Of a stretch of DNA of 64,000 nucleotides, positions 51,951 through 61,087 are shown piece by piece. Within the stretch, counting starts at the first letter, position 1. The number at the start of each line of letters is the position of its first letter. Origin of the DNA: a virus. The notes below the pieces were generated by a model. It was not told where the DNA came from and searched no databases. It was given only the letters and a program-made list of their open reading frames with translations. The DNA lies in the IMG/VR virus record IMGVR_UViG_3300045988_126112, positions 96,001 to 160,000 of that record. One strand, written 5' to 3'. A program made the position numbers and the translations under genes.

Positions 51951-52023
51951 AATTTTAAGCAAACAATATAAATAAAATATAAGGTATACTGAAAGTTTTC
52001 AGTAAGATATGGAGGTATGTATT

Positions 52024-54066
52024 ATGAGTAAAAATTTTGTAGAATTTAGAAATGCTGTTATGGATAAATTTTATGAATTATCAGATGTATGTGGTAATGC
52101 AATATTTGAAATGGAAGTAGGAGATAAATCTCAACTATGGGATGCTTATATAAATAATTTCCCAGAAGGAACAAATCCAATATTTAGAACTAATAGAGTT
52201 CATGATTGTAATTGTTGTCGACATTTTATAAAAGCAGTAGGTGCATTAGTAGGTATAAAAAATGGAGACTTAATATCAATATGGGATGTTAATCTTCCAG
52301 ATGATTCTGAATTTAAGGAACCAGCAAAAGCTTTATCTGACTTTGTTAAATCACAAGTTAAGATAAAAGATATATTCTGTACTAAATTTGATAGTTATGG
52401 AATAGCTCATAATTATAAAGAAATTGATGGAGAATCAGTTAAATTTAATCATTTTTATTTAGAAATTCCAGAAATGTACAAATCTAATAATTGTGACACA
52501 TTTAGAGGTGAATTTAGAAGTTCAGTAGCTGTATTTAAACGTGGCTTAGATGAATTTACACTAGAAGCATTAGATAATGTATTAGATTTAATAAATGATA
52601 ATAATTTATATAGAGGTGAGCAATATTTAAGAGCTTTAAAATCATTTAGAGCTTATAAAATTTTGTATGATACTATAGAAGATAGTAGAAGTAAAGAATT
52701 TTTCGCTTGGGAAAGAGCTACACATGAAGGTTCATCTGTAGTAAGATTAAGAAATACATCAATAGGTACATTACTTACTGATATATCTACAGGAATGGAT
52801 ATAGAAGAAGCAGTAAGAAAATATGAAATTATAGTTGCACCTAGTAATTACAAAAGACCTAAAGCTATATTTACTAAAAAAATGCTAGATGAAGCAAAAG
52901 AAACTATAACTGAATTAGGATATATGGATTCAATAGGTAGAAAGTTTGCTACTATAGATGATATGAATGTAAATAATGTTTTATTTATAGACAGAAATAC
53001 TAAGAGTAAACTTGATACCACAGAAGATATATTTGAACAAATGTCAAAAGAATGCGTTGTAAAACGTAAATCTTTTGATAGAGCTCAAGAAATATCAATA
53101 GAAGACTTTATAAATTTAGCACCACAAGCTAAATCTATAGAAGCTTTATTTGTACCTAATTTAGAAAGAAACTTAGTATCTTTGATAGCACCAAAAGTTA
53201 AAGATTCAAAATCTATGTTTAAATGGAATAATAATTTCTCTTGGGCATATAAAGGAAATATAGCTGATTCAGCTATAAAAGAAAATGTTAAGAGTGCTGG
53301 AGGTAATGTAACTGGTGTTCTTAGATTTTCAATACAATGGAATGATATAGATAGAGATATGAATGATTTAGATGCACATTGTATAGAACCTAATAGATTC
53401 CATATAAGTTTCTCTGATAAGAAAAGTCCATATACAAAAGGAGCTTTAGATATAGATATAATGAATCCATATCCAAATAGACCAGCTGTAGAAAATATCA
53501 TATATCCAAATAAAGAAATTATGATGGAAGGTAGATACTTATTCTTTGTTCATAATTATGCTTTTAGAGGTGGTAGAAATGGATTTAGAGCAGAAATAGA
53601 ATGTGATGGAGAAATATATCAATTTGATTATAGAAAACCATTGCAAGAAAAAGAAATAGTAAATGTTGCTGCTGTAACATTTGATAAAGAAAAGGGATTT
53701 ACAGTTGAAACTTTATTACCTGCTGATGTTATTAATAGAGAAGTTTGGGGATTGAAAACAAACACATTTGTTCCTGTGAGAGCTATATGCTTATCTCCAA
53801 ACTATTGGGATAACAATCAAGTAGGAGCTAAACATTATATGTTTATGCTACAAGATTGTGTGAATGAAGAACAACCAAATGGATTCTTTAATGAATACTT
53901 AAATGAAGAACTTATGAAACACAAAAGAGTATTTGAAGCATTAGGACATAATGCTAAAGTAGATGATTGCCCAAATCAATTATCTGGTTTAGGATTTAGT
54001 GCTTCAAGAAGAAATGAAGTTATAGTAAAAATAGATGGTAAGAAAGTTTATAAAATTAAATTTTAA
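52024..54066 (+). CDS. Large conserved-looking hypothetical protein (680 aa) embedded in the nucleotide-metabolism cluster
   Basis: ATG 52024 is 8 nt after GGAGG; the track ATG at 52009 lies inside the SD. It has a Cys/His patch 'HDCNCCRH'. I cannot assign a family. Confidence 0.75.
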   Translation: MSKNFVEFRNAVMDKFYELSDVCGNAIFEMEVGDKSQLWDAYINNFPEGTNPIFRTNRVHDCNCCRHFIKAVGALVGIKNGDLISIWDVNLPDDSEFKEPAKALSDFVKSQVKIKDIFCTKFDSYGIAHNYKEIDGESVKFNHFYLEIPEMYKSNNCDTFRGEFRSSVAVFKRGLDEFTLEALDNVLDLINDNNLYRGEQYLRALKSFRAYKILYDTIEDSRSKEFFAWERATHEGSSVVRLRNTSIGTLLTDISTGMDIEEAVRKYEIIVAPSNYKRPKAIFTKKMLDEAKETITELGYMDSIGRKFATIDDMNVNNVLFIDRNTKSKLDTTEDIFEQMSKECVVKRKSFDRAQEISIEDFINLAPQAKSIEALFVPNLERNLVSLIAPKVKDSKSMFKWNNNFSWAYKGNIADSAIKENVKSAGGNVTGVLRFSIQWNDIDRDMNDLDAHCIEPNRFHISFSDKKSPYTKGALDIDIMNPYPNRPAVENIIYPNKEIMMEGRYLFFVHNYAFRGGRNGFRAEIECDGEIYQFDYRKPLQEKEIVNVAAVTFDKEKGFTVETLLPADVINREVWGLKTNTFVPVRAICLSPNYWDNNQVGAKHYMFMLQDCVNEEQPNGFFNEYLNEELMKHKRVFEALGHNAKVDDCPNQLSGLGFSASRRNEVIVKIDGKKVYKIKF

Positions 54067-54084
54067 TAAATGGAGGTAAATACA

Positions 54085-54480
54085 ATGGAAAAAGTTAATA
54101 ATTTATTCTTAAAAGCTACAAAGGAAAAATTTAGATTCCCATATATGGGACAAATATCAACAGAAGATTTATGGGATTTATCTATCGAAAATCTAGATTC
54201 CATATATGGAAAACTAGATGAAGATTTAACTAGACTAAGTACAAAGACTTTAATAAAAGATAAAAAGACTGATATAGAAAAAGAATTAGAAGATAAAATA
54301 GAAATAGTTAAATTTATAGTTGAATTCAAACAAGCAGAAATAGAAGCTGCAAAAGAAAACGCAATGAAATCAGTTAAGAAACAAAAAATACTTGCATTGA
54401 TACATGAAAAAGAAAATGAATCACTAAAAGAAAAATCTGTTGATGAATTGAAAGAAATGTATGACGCATTAAATGACTAA
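54085..54480 (+). CDS. Hypothetical K/E-rich coiled-coil protein
   Basis: ATG 54085 is 8 nt after GGAGG; the track ATG at 54070 is inside the SD. The terminator at 54487-54535 follows. Confidence 0.7.
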   Translation: MEKVNNLFLKATKEKFRFPYMGQISTEDLWDLSIENLDSIYGKLDEDLTRLSTKTLIKDKKTDIEKELEDKIEIVKFIVEFKQAEIEAAKENAMKSVKKQKILALIHEKENESLKEKSVDELKEMYDALND

Positions 54481-54486
54481 TCAAAA

Positions 54487-54535
54487 AGCAATACGAGAGT
54501 AATCTCGTATTGCTATTATATAAATTTATTTTTTG
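54487..54535 (+). terminator. Probable terminator
   Basis: 12-bp stem AGCAATACGAGA/TCTCGTATTGCT. The T-run is about 12 nt distal. Confidence 0.55.
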
Positions 54536-54553
54536 TAAGGAGGAGTATGTAAA

Positions 54554-55735
54554 ATGTTATTTAAGAAGAAAAAGAAAAAACTAAAAGAAATTATAAGTAG
54601 TGCTGATATAGGGTTTACTCCTATATATCATAATGATGCTATAGCTATAGTACATGATGCTTGTATAGTTTGTGTAGATGGTAAAAAAGAAAGAACTTTA
54701 GATGAAAAAGTTAAGTTCATATCTGATAAAGTAAAAATAGGACATGAGTCTATATTAGAACATTCAAACTATATTGTTTTATTAAACTTTACTGGCAATC
54801 CAGATAATCTTGAAGCTTATATGGATATACTAGAATGCTTTAAATATCTTAATGTAAAAGCAAAAATATATCAATCTGATGGAGAACCTTATGGACAAGT
54901 AAAACTTCTTATAGGTGGTTCAGCAAGAGCATATAAACATTTAATAAGAACTTGCAATAATCATAATAATCCTATATATAAAACTTTATTGGAATATATT
55001 CAATATGCAATACCATCTTGTTTCTTTAGTGATTTAATCCAAGATAATGTATTAAAAGAACTAGATTTCTTAAATCTTTATTTCGATGATGATTATAAGA
55101 ATATAGATTATAAATGCAATACTAAAACTACAACTATAGATGATGGAATAATATTATATGTAGATAATATATATGATATTTATAAAAGACTAGATGGTGT
55201 ATTTGACTCTTATGAACTTATGGATTTCTGTATGGTAAATACTTTATTCCATAATGTATCAAGAGCTTGTTCACATCAAATAGTTAGACATAGAAATGGT
55301 GTTACACAATTATCTCAAAGATATGTAGATATGAAAAATGCTCCAATGATATTACCACCATTAGACATACCATCACAAGCTAAAAATGAAATGGTAATAT
55401 TATTAGACCAAATAGTTAATAAGTATACAGAATTAGTAGATAAATATGAAATGAAGAAAGAAGACGCTAGATATCTTTTACCTAATGCATGTGCTACTAC
55501 ATTATATATGACATTTACATTTAGAAACTTCTTAAAAGCATATCAACTTAGAACAGGTAAAGGAGCTCAAAGAGAAATCCATATAGTATTCGATAAACTA
55601 TATTCAGGATTAGAAAAATATTGGGAAACTCAATTTGATAAAGACTTAGAATCTTGTCATCCAATGTTATATTTAGAACCTAAATTAGTATTTGATGGAA
55701 TTGAAGCTGATAAAAATCTAGAATCAAAAAAATAA
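54554..55735 (+). CDS. thyX: Flavin-dependent thymidylate synthase ThyX (long form)
   Basis: 'GHESILEH' and the ThyX signature 'RHRNGVTQLSQRY' (RHR...SQRY). At 393 aa it is longer than typical ThyX, with extra N-terminal and internal sequence. Confidence 0.8.
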   Translation: MLFKKKKKKLKEIISSADIGFTPIYHNDAIAIVHDACIVCVDGKKERTLDEKVKFISDKVKIGHESILEHSNYIVLLNFTGNPDNLEAYMDILECFKYLNVKAKIYQSDGEPYGQVKLLIGGSARAYKHLIRTCNNHNNPIYKTLLEYIQYAIPSCFFSDLIQDNVLKELDFLNLYFDDDYKNIDYKCNTKTTTIDDGIILYVDNIYDIYKRLDGVFDSYELMDFCMVNTLFHNVSRACSHQIVRHRNGVTQLSQRYVDMKNAPMILPPLDIPSQAKNEMVILLDQIVNKYTELVDKYEMKKEDARYLLPNACATTLYMTFTFRNFLKAYQLRTGKGAQREIHIVFDKLYSGLEKYWETQFDKDLESCHPMLYLEPKLVFDGIEADKNLESKK

Positions 55736-55742
55736 AAATGTT

Positions 55743-55772
55743 ATGGGGATAAGCTTAATTGCTTATCCCCAT
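55743..55772 (+). terminator. Possible terminator after thyX
   Basis: 12-bp stem ATGGGGATAAGC/GCTTATCCCCAT with a weak U-tract. Confidence 0.45.
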
Positions 55773-56159
55773 TGGAAACGTTTTAGGTTAAAATAATAAT
55801 ACGAAAGTTTGATGAGTAATATTTAGTATTGAAATCAAAATAATTAAAAGAGTTATATTTTTATATCGAAAAATAATATATTGGATTACTATATAGTTAG
55901 GAAAATTTTAAGCCCAATCATAATTATGATTGGGCAAATACTTAAATACATATTATTATATAAATTTGAAGGTACTTTGTTATGTGGTAATATAATAATT
56001 TCTACTATTATATTATATTATAGTTACTTAGAAATATTTTAAAATTAAAAATTTATGATTGTATTTTTTATGAGTATGATTTTTTTCTTTTTCAAATTTT
56101 ACAAAACAATTTAGTAATCAAAATTATATATAGAAATTTTTTTTTGGAGGGATAGAATT

Positions 56160-58238
56160 ATGAAAGATACTATAATAAAAAGAGATGGAACTAGAGAAGC
56201 TTATAATGAAGCTAAAATTTTAAATGCTGTTTTAAGAGCAGCTTATGATACAACTGGAGTAAATAATGGACCAGATTTAGCAATAGAAGTTACAAATAAT
56301 GTACGTAATGAAATGGAACAAAATCCAGATAAAGAGTACAATGTAGAAGAAATACAAGATTTAGTTGAAAAATATTTAATGTTATCAGGAAAAACTGATA
56401 TTGCTAAACAATATATTTTATATAGAGATAAAAGAACTAAAGCAAGAGAAAAAGGATGGGACTTAGATGAAGTAGGAAAGAAATCTTATGAAGAAAAATA
56501 TAGACATGCTGGAGAAAACTTTGACGAATTCATAGACAGAATATCTAATGGAAATAAAAAGATAGCTAAGCTATTAAGAGAAAAGAAATTTGTATTTGGA
56601 GGAAGAATACTTTCAAATAGAGGATTACAAAATGATGGATATAAAATTACTTATAGTAACTGCTATGTATTAAAAGGACCAGAAGATAATCTAGAATCTA
56701 TATTTGATGTAAATAGAGATATGGCTATTACTTTTAGTAGAGGTGGTGGAGTAGGTTTTGATTTATCAAGATTAAGACCTAAAGATGAACCAGTTCATAA
56801 TAATGCAAGAACTACATCAGGACCTTGTTCATTTATGGATATATATAATAAAACAACTCAAACTATTGGTCAAAAAGGAAGACGTGGAGCTTTAATGTTA
56901 GCAATGAGAGTATCTCATCCAGATATACAAGAATTTATAGATTTAAAAAGACAACTAGGAGAAATTGAATGTGCAAATCTTTCTGTAATGATTGATGATA
57001 AATTTATGGAAGCTGTTATAGGAGGAAAATCATATTTATGCAAATTTAAATATGATGATGGACGTGAAGTTCTTAAAATGGTTAATGCTAATGAATTATT
57101 TACAAGAATGTGTGAAAATTCTTGTGACTATGCAGAACCAGGATTATTATTCTGGGATACAGTAGATAGAGGAGGACTTTTAGCAAAAGACCCAGAATTT
57201 TCGTATGAGTGCGTAAACCCATGCGCTGAAGAGGTTTTACCAGCTGGAGGTTCTTGTTTACTTGGGCATATGAATCTATCTGAATTTGTAGTACATCCAT
57301 TTACAGAAGGAGCTTATTTTGATTATGATAAATATGAAGAAGCTGTAAAACAAGCTGTAATAGCTTTAAATGAAGTTTTAGATGAAGGTGAAACATTCCA
57401 CCCATTAGATTATCAAATAGAAGCTGTTAGAAAATATAGACAAATTGGATTAGGATATTTAGGAATAGCAGATATGCTTATAAAATTAGGAATTAAATAT
57501 GGTTCAATAGAATCATTACAAATTTGTGATAGAATAGGATTTAAAACTGCAGATATGGCTATAAGAACTTCAGCTGAAATAGCTAAAGACAAAGGAACTT
57601 ATGAAACTTATAATAAAGAATATGTATTTGCATCACCATTCTTTAAATCAAACACAACTGCATTAACAAGAGAAATGGTTAGAAAATATGGATTAAGAAA
57701 CTCTCAATTATTAACTTGTGCACCTACAGGAACTGTATCATTATTATATAGAACTTCTGGTGGTATAGAACCTATATTTGCATTAAAGACTGAAAGAAAA
57801 ACACTTAGCTTAAATAATGGTGAAGAAGTAAAATATGAAGTAAATGCTAAGATAGTACAAGACTTTATGGATATATATGGTGAAATGGATATAGAAGATT
57901 TACCAGATTATTTTGTAACTGCTGCTGATATAGATTATAAAGATAGAGTTAGATTCCAAGCTATATGGCAAAAACATATAGATGCTTCAATATCTTCTAC
58001 TGTTAATCTACCTCATGAAACTTCTATTGAAGATATAAAACAATTATTTATATTTGCTTGGGAATCAGGTCTTAAAGGAATAACTGTATATAGAGCTGGT
58101 TGTGCAAGAGAAGGAATATTAGTTAATAAAGATGGTGAAAAGGATGAAAGTAATATATGTCCAGAATGTGGAGCAGAATTACAACATGTAGAAGGATGTG
58201 TTACTTGTATGAATTGTGGATATAGTAAATGTAGTTAA
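56160..58238 (+). CDS. nrdJ: Class II (adenosylcobalamin-dependent) ribonucleotide reductase with an N-terminal ATP-cone
   Basis: ATP-cone 'IIKRDGTREAYNEAKILNAV'. Catalytic block 'NPCAEEVLPAGGSCLLGHMNL'. Also 'SSTVNLP' and a C-terminal Cys cluster 'CPECG...CVTCMNCGYSKC' typical of NrdJ. No NrdB/NrdF or NrdG partner lies nearby. Confidence 0.85.
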   Translation: MKDTIIKRDGTREAYNEAKILNAVLRAAYDTTGVNNGPDLAIEVTNNVRNEMEQNPDKEYNVEEIQDLVEKYLMLSGKTDIAKQYILYRDKRTKAREKGWDLDEVGKKSYEEKYRHAGENFDEFIDRISNGNKKIAKLLREKKFVFGGRILSNRGLQNDGYKITYSNCYVLKGPEDNLESIFDVNRDMAITFSRGGGVGFDLSRLRPKDEPVHNNARTTSGPCSFMDIYNKTTQTIGQKGRRGALMLAMRVSHPDIQEFIDLKRQLGEIECANLSVMIDDKFMEAVIGGKSYLCKFKYDDGREVLKMVNANELFTRMCENSCDYAEPGLLFWDTVDRGGLLAKDPEFSYECVNPCAEEVLPAGGSCLLGHMNLSEFVVHPFTEGAYFDYDKYEEAVKQAVIALNEVLDEGETFHPLDYQIEAVRKYRQIGLGYLGIADMLIKLGIKYGSIESLQICDRIGFKTADMAIRTSAEIAKDKGTYETYNKEYVFASPFFKSNTTALTREMVRKYGLRNSQLLTCAPTGTVSLLYRTSGGIEPIFALKTERKTLSLNNGEEVKYEVNAKIVQDFMDIYGEMDIEDLPDYFVTAADIDYKDRVRFQAIWQKHIDASISSTVNLPHETSIEDIKQLFIFAWESGLKGITVYRAGCAREGILVNKDGEKDESNICPECGAELQHVEGCVTCMNCGYSKCS

Positions 58239-58359
58239 TAAAAAAATATTCACATCTAACTATATAATAGCACAATAATTTTCAGATTTTGTGTTAATTG
58301 TAAAATATTTCTCTGCCTTTGATTTTTATTGTTTATTTTTGAATTGATCTTTTTAACCC

Positions 58360-58395
58360 GCTGGAAGGAAAATTTTCCTTCCAGCAAAATTTTTG
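58360..58395 (+). terminator. Rho-independent terminator after nrdJ
   Basis: Perfect 13-bp palindrome GCTGGAAGGAAAA/TTTTCCTTCCAGC followed by AAAATTTTT. Confidence 0.75.
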
Positions 58396-58526
58396 ATAAC
58401 TATAAAATAATCCTTTGATTTGTTTTTGATTTTTATATAATAACTTGCTGCAACTTAAACCAGATAGCTTAGTCGGCTATCTGGTTTAAAATTTGCCTTA
58501 ACATTTTAATTAAGGGGGTGTTAAGA

Positions 58527-59324
58527 ATGAGAAATTCAGATATAATAACAGATAATTTTGATTCTGAACCAGAAGTGGTAAAAATTAATGATTTACCTGA
58601 ATGTAATCAATTCGAATATGATTTGATGGACGAAAAAGATTTTAAAAAATATATGAAAGATGTTGAGAGAATGGTACGTAATTCTATGGAATATAGACTT
58701 ATGGTTAAATTTCTAAGAGAGAATATGGATATGAATAAATGTAGTTTCTATGAAAATGTAAATAATATAGATACATTTAAGATTAAGATTCATTTACATC
58801 ATCATCCATTTACTCTTTATGATATATGCTATATAGTTTATAAGAAACGTTGTGCTTATGGAGAACCTGTTGATGTTGAAGATGTTGCTAAAGAAGTTAT
58901 GCATATTCATTATAATATGATGGTTGGATTAATACCATTAGCAGAAACTCCTCATGAGCTAGTACACAATAAATATTTGTTTGTTCCTTTGGATAGAGTA
59001 TATGGTGCTTGGAGTGCATTTTATGATATGTATTTTCCATTTATGGATTTAGATTATATAGAAAATATAAGAGAAAATGTAGAACGTACAAAAGCATATA
59101 AAGAATCTCAAGAAGAATTAGGTGTATTAGCTAAGAAATATGTATATGTCGATGTGGATAGTGGTATATATGATATTCCTGATTATGCTACTGTAATACA
59201 AGCTATGGAAAAAAGAATAGCTACTATTAATGAAGAAGAAAGACTTAATCATCAACCTATGAGAAAAGTTATACATTTTATAAAAGCTAATGGGGAAAAA
59301 GAAACAAACAATAGTATTTTTTAA
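58527..59324 (+). CDS. Hypothetical protein (His-rich patch 'HLHHHP')
   Basis: ATG 58527 is 8 nt after AAGGGGG; the track GTG at 58518 lies inside the SD. I recognised no family. Confidence 0.7.
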   Translation: MRNSDIITDNFDSEPEVVKINDLPECNQFEYDLMDEKDFKKYMKDVERMVRNSMEYRLMVKFLRENMDMNKCSFYENVNNIDTFKIKIHLHHHPFTLYDICYIVYKKRCAYGEPVDVEDVAKEVMHIHYNMMVGLIPLAETPHELVHNKYLFVPLDRVYGAWSAFYDMYFPFMDLDYIENIRENVERTKAYKESQEELGVLAKKYVYVDVDSGIYDIPDYATVIQAMEKRIATINEEERLNHQPMRKVIHFIKANGEKETNNSIF

Positions 59325-59343
59325 TCATATATTATAGTATTGA
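59323..59343 (+). promoter_or_regulatory. Conserved promoter-like motif, copy 3
   Basis: 'AATCATATATTATAGTATTGA', which is 19/19 identical to copy 2 over CATATATTATAGTATTGA. The ATG is at 59370. Confidence 0.55.
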
Positions 59344-59369
59344 ATAAAAATATTAGGGGGTTTGATATT

Positions 59370-60212
59370 ATGAATATTGGAGAAATGGGAATACCAACTA
59401 CACACAGAAATGTAACAACTAAAAACGATATAAAGTTTATGGAAAAATTTGAATTACTTAAAGAGTTTAAAAAGGAATTTAACAGATTTCCAAAAGCAAG
59501 AGAAACTTATAAAGGTGTCAAATTAGGTATGTGGTGTGCAGATTTAAGAGCTAAAAGATGGAGACATTCTAAAGATAGAATAGCTTTATTAGATTCAATT
59601 GGATTTGTTTGGGATGTGCATAAACACAGCTGGGATACTAATTTTAAACTAGTTAAAGAATTTAAAGAAGAATTTGGAAAAATGCCATCTAGTACTGAAG
59701 TATATAAAGGTGTTAAATTAGGTATGTGGTGTGATATCCAAAGACATTATTATAATAATAATATAGATTATATATCTAAAGAAAGAATAGATTTATTAGA
59801 TTCAATTGGATTTGTTTGGAGTATACAAGATGATAGATATAATAATAACTTTGAATTACTTAAAGAGTTTAAAGAAGAGTTTGGTAAAATGCCAACAACA
59901 ACAGATGAATATAAAGGTGTTAAATTAGGAGCTTGGTGTTCAAACGTAAGAGTCTTATATAAATGCAACAGCTTATCTGAAGACCTTTATAAGAAACTTA
60001 GAGACATTGGATTCATGTTTGACTACAATAAAGAAAAATGGGAATACAATTTCAATCTACTTAAAGAATTTAAAGAAGAGTTTAACAGATTACCTAAACA
60101 ATATGAAAAATATAAAAATATTGAATTAGGCTTTTGGGTGTATAATAATATGAGTAGATGTATAGATGACAGAAAGAAAGAATTACTTAGAAGTGTTGGA
60201 GTAAATATATAG
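59370..60212 (+). CDS. Protein made of four tandem helicase-associated (HA) domain repeats
   Basis: Four units of ~65-70 aa: 'F.LLKEFK(K/E)EF(G/N)(K/R).P....YKGVKLG.WC...R........L.SIGF.W'. This matches the HA-domain consensus (W..f..L..f....G...vp.....LG.W...qR...L..lGF.W). ATG 59370 follows AGGGGG. Confidence 0.7.
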   Translation: MNIGEMGIPTTHRNVTTKNDIKFMEKFELLKEFKKEFNRFPKARETYKGVKLGMWCADLRAKRWRHSKDRIALLDSIGFVWDVHKHSWDTNFKLVKEFKEEFGKMPSSTEVYKGVKLGMWCDIQRHYYNNNIDYISKERIDLLDSIGFVWSIQDDRYNNNFELLKEFKEEFGKMPTTTDEYKGVKLGAWCSNVRVLYKCNSLSEDLYKKLRDIGFMFDYNKEKWEYNFNLLKEFKEEFNRLPKQYEKYKNIELGFWVYNNMSRCIDDRKKELLRSVGVNI

Positions 60213-60224
60213 GGGGCAATATTT

Positions 60225-60383
60225 ATGGATTTTTATAATGAAGAATACGGAAAGTATATTGATCTTGTAGGATATTTATATCCAGAGTTAGATTTAAAAT
60301 TTACAGAAGAAGATGCTATTGAAGTAGATTTTAAAGTAGTTGATGATGAGGAAAATAATGAAGGGGGATTATTGAATGAATAA
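60225..60383 (+). CDS. Small acidic protein (52 aa; not in the track)
   Basis: Translation: MDFYNEEYGKYIDLVGYLYPELDLKFTEEDAIEVDFKVVDDEENNEGGLLNE*. SD AGGGGG is 8 nt upstream. Its 3' end overlaps the start of the next gene by 8 nt. Confidence 0.5.
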   Translation: MDFYNEEYGKYIDLVGYLYPELDLKFTEEDAIEVDFKVVDDEENNEGGLLNE

Positions 60384-60984
60384 TATATGGTTTAGTGCAG
60401 ATTGGCATTTTTCTAAATGGAGCAGAAGAAAAGAAGAGTTGCAATATGACATAAAGAAAGATAGAGATATATTAAGAAAGTATGCATCATCTGTAGATAA
60501 AGATGATATCTTTATATTTCTAGGTGACCTTACTGAAGTAAGAGATGACAATCCTAGATTAGTAAAGAGATGCATTGAACAAATAAAAGAATTACCTGGA
60601 AATAAAATATTTATTAGAGGAAATAATGACCAAGAAAGTGATGACTATTATATTAATCATTTGGGATTTCTAGCTTGTTACGACAAGCTAGAAGTTGATA
60701 ACTTTGTATTTACACATGAACCAGTTCAAATCAATGAGGGGCAAATAAACATCCATGGACATATCCATGGGTGTAGAACTTATTGGTATTGCGATGCAAA
60801 AAATCATGTGGACACATATATAAAACTATTCAACAACTATCCAATTAAAATTGGTCCTTTATTATATAAAGGAAATTGTATTGATAAAGACTTAATAGAA
60901 GATGGATTAATGGTTGAAAAACTTAAATCATCTTTATTTGGATATGTAAATAGATTAAAGGAGATAGAAAAGGGTAATTTATAA
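60376..60984 (+). CDS. Calcineurin-like metallophosphoesterase
   Basis: Motifs appear in the canonical order: 'SADWHF' (DxH), 'LGDL' (GD), 'RGNND' (GNH/D-type) and 'HGHIHG'. Confidence 0.75.
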   Translation: MNNIWFSADWHFSKWSRRKEELQYDIKKDRDILRKYASSVDKDDIFIFLGDLTEVRDDNPRLVKRCIEQIKELPGNKIFIRGNNDQESDDYYINHLGFLACYDKLEVDNFVFTHEPVQINEGQINIHGHIHGCRTYWYCDAKNHVDTYIKLFNNYPIKIGPLLYKGNCIDKDLIEDGLMVEKLKSSLFGYVNRLKEIEKGNL

Positions 60985-61011
60985 AAATCTGAAATGTATT
61001 CAAATGTATTA

Positions 61012-61050
61012 AAATAGCTAGGTTCGCCTAGCTATTTATTTTTTATTTTT
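61012..61050 (+). terminator. Rho-independent terminator
   Basis: Stem AAATAGCTAGG/CCTAGCTATTT followed by a long T-run. Confidence 0.85.
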
Positions 61051-61087
61051 TAACATGTATATAATAAATATAAAAGGAGGAAATAGA

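Noticed and set aside
52009-52023. Upstream in-frame starts given by the ORF track (52009, 54070, 61055, 61807, 59340, 58518, 16426, 13535, 42917, 43161, 1296)
   Set aside because: In each case the upstream start codon lies inside or ahead of the GGAGG-type SD. A downstream in-frame ATG or TTG sits at the canonical 7-9-nt spacing, so I moved the starts accordingly. These changes have not been checked experimentally.
53085-54329. Minus-strand ORFs 53085-53501 and 54063-54329
   Set aside because: They are antisense to + strand genes in a uniformly + strand operon, and they have no SD.
50573-55735. Uracil-containing DNA (PBS1/AR9-like), suggested by the AT-rich genome and phage RNAP
   Set aside because: A canonical dUTPase and a ThyX thymidylate synthase are present, which argues for thymine-containing DNA. 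Other base modifications cannot be excluded.
55773-56159. Cobalamin riboswitch or NrdR box upstream of the B12-dependent RNR
   Set aside because: The region is extremely AT-rich and lacks anything like the GC-rich B12-box core. I saw no paired 16-bp NrdR-type palindromes. The only palindrome (55912-55935) does not resemble them.
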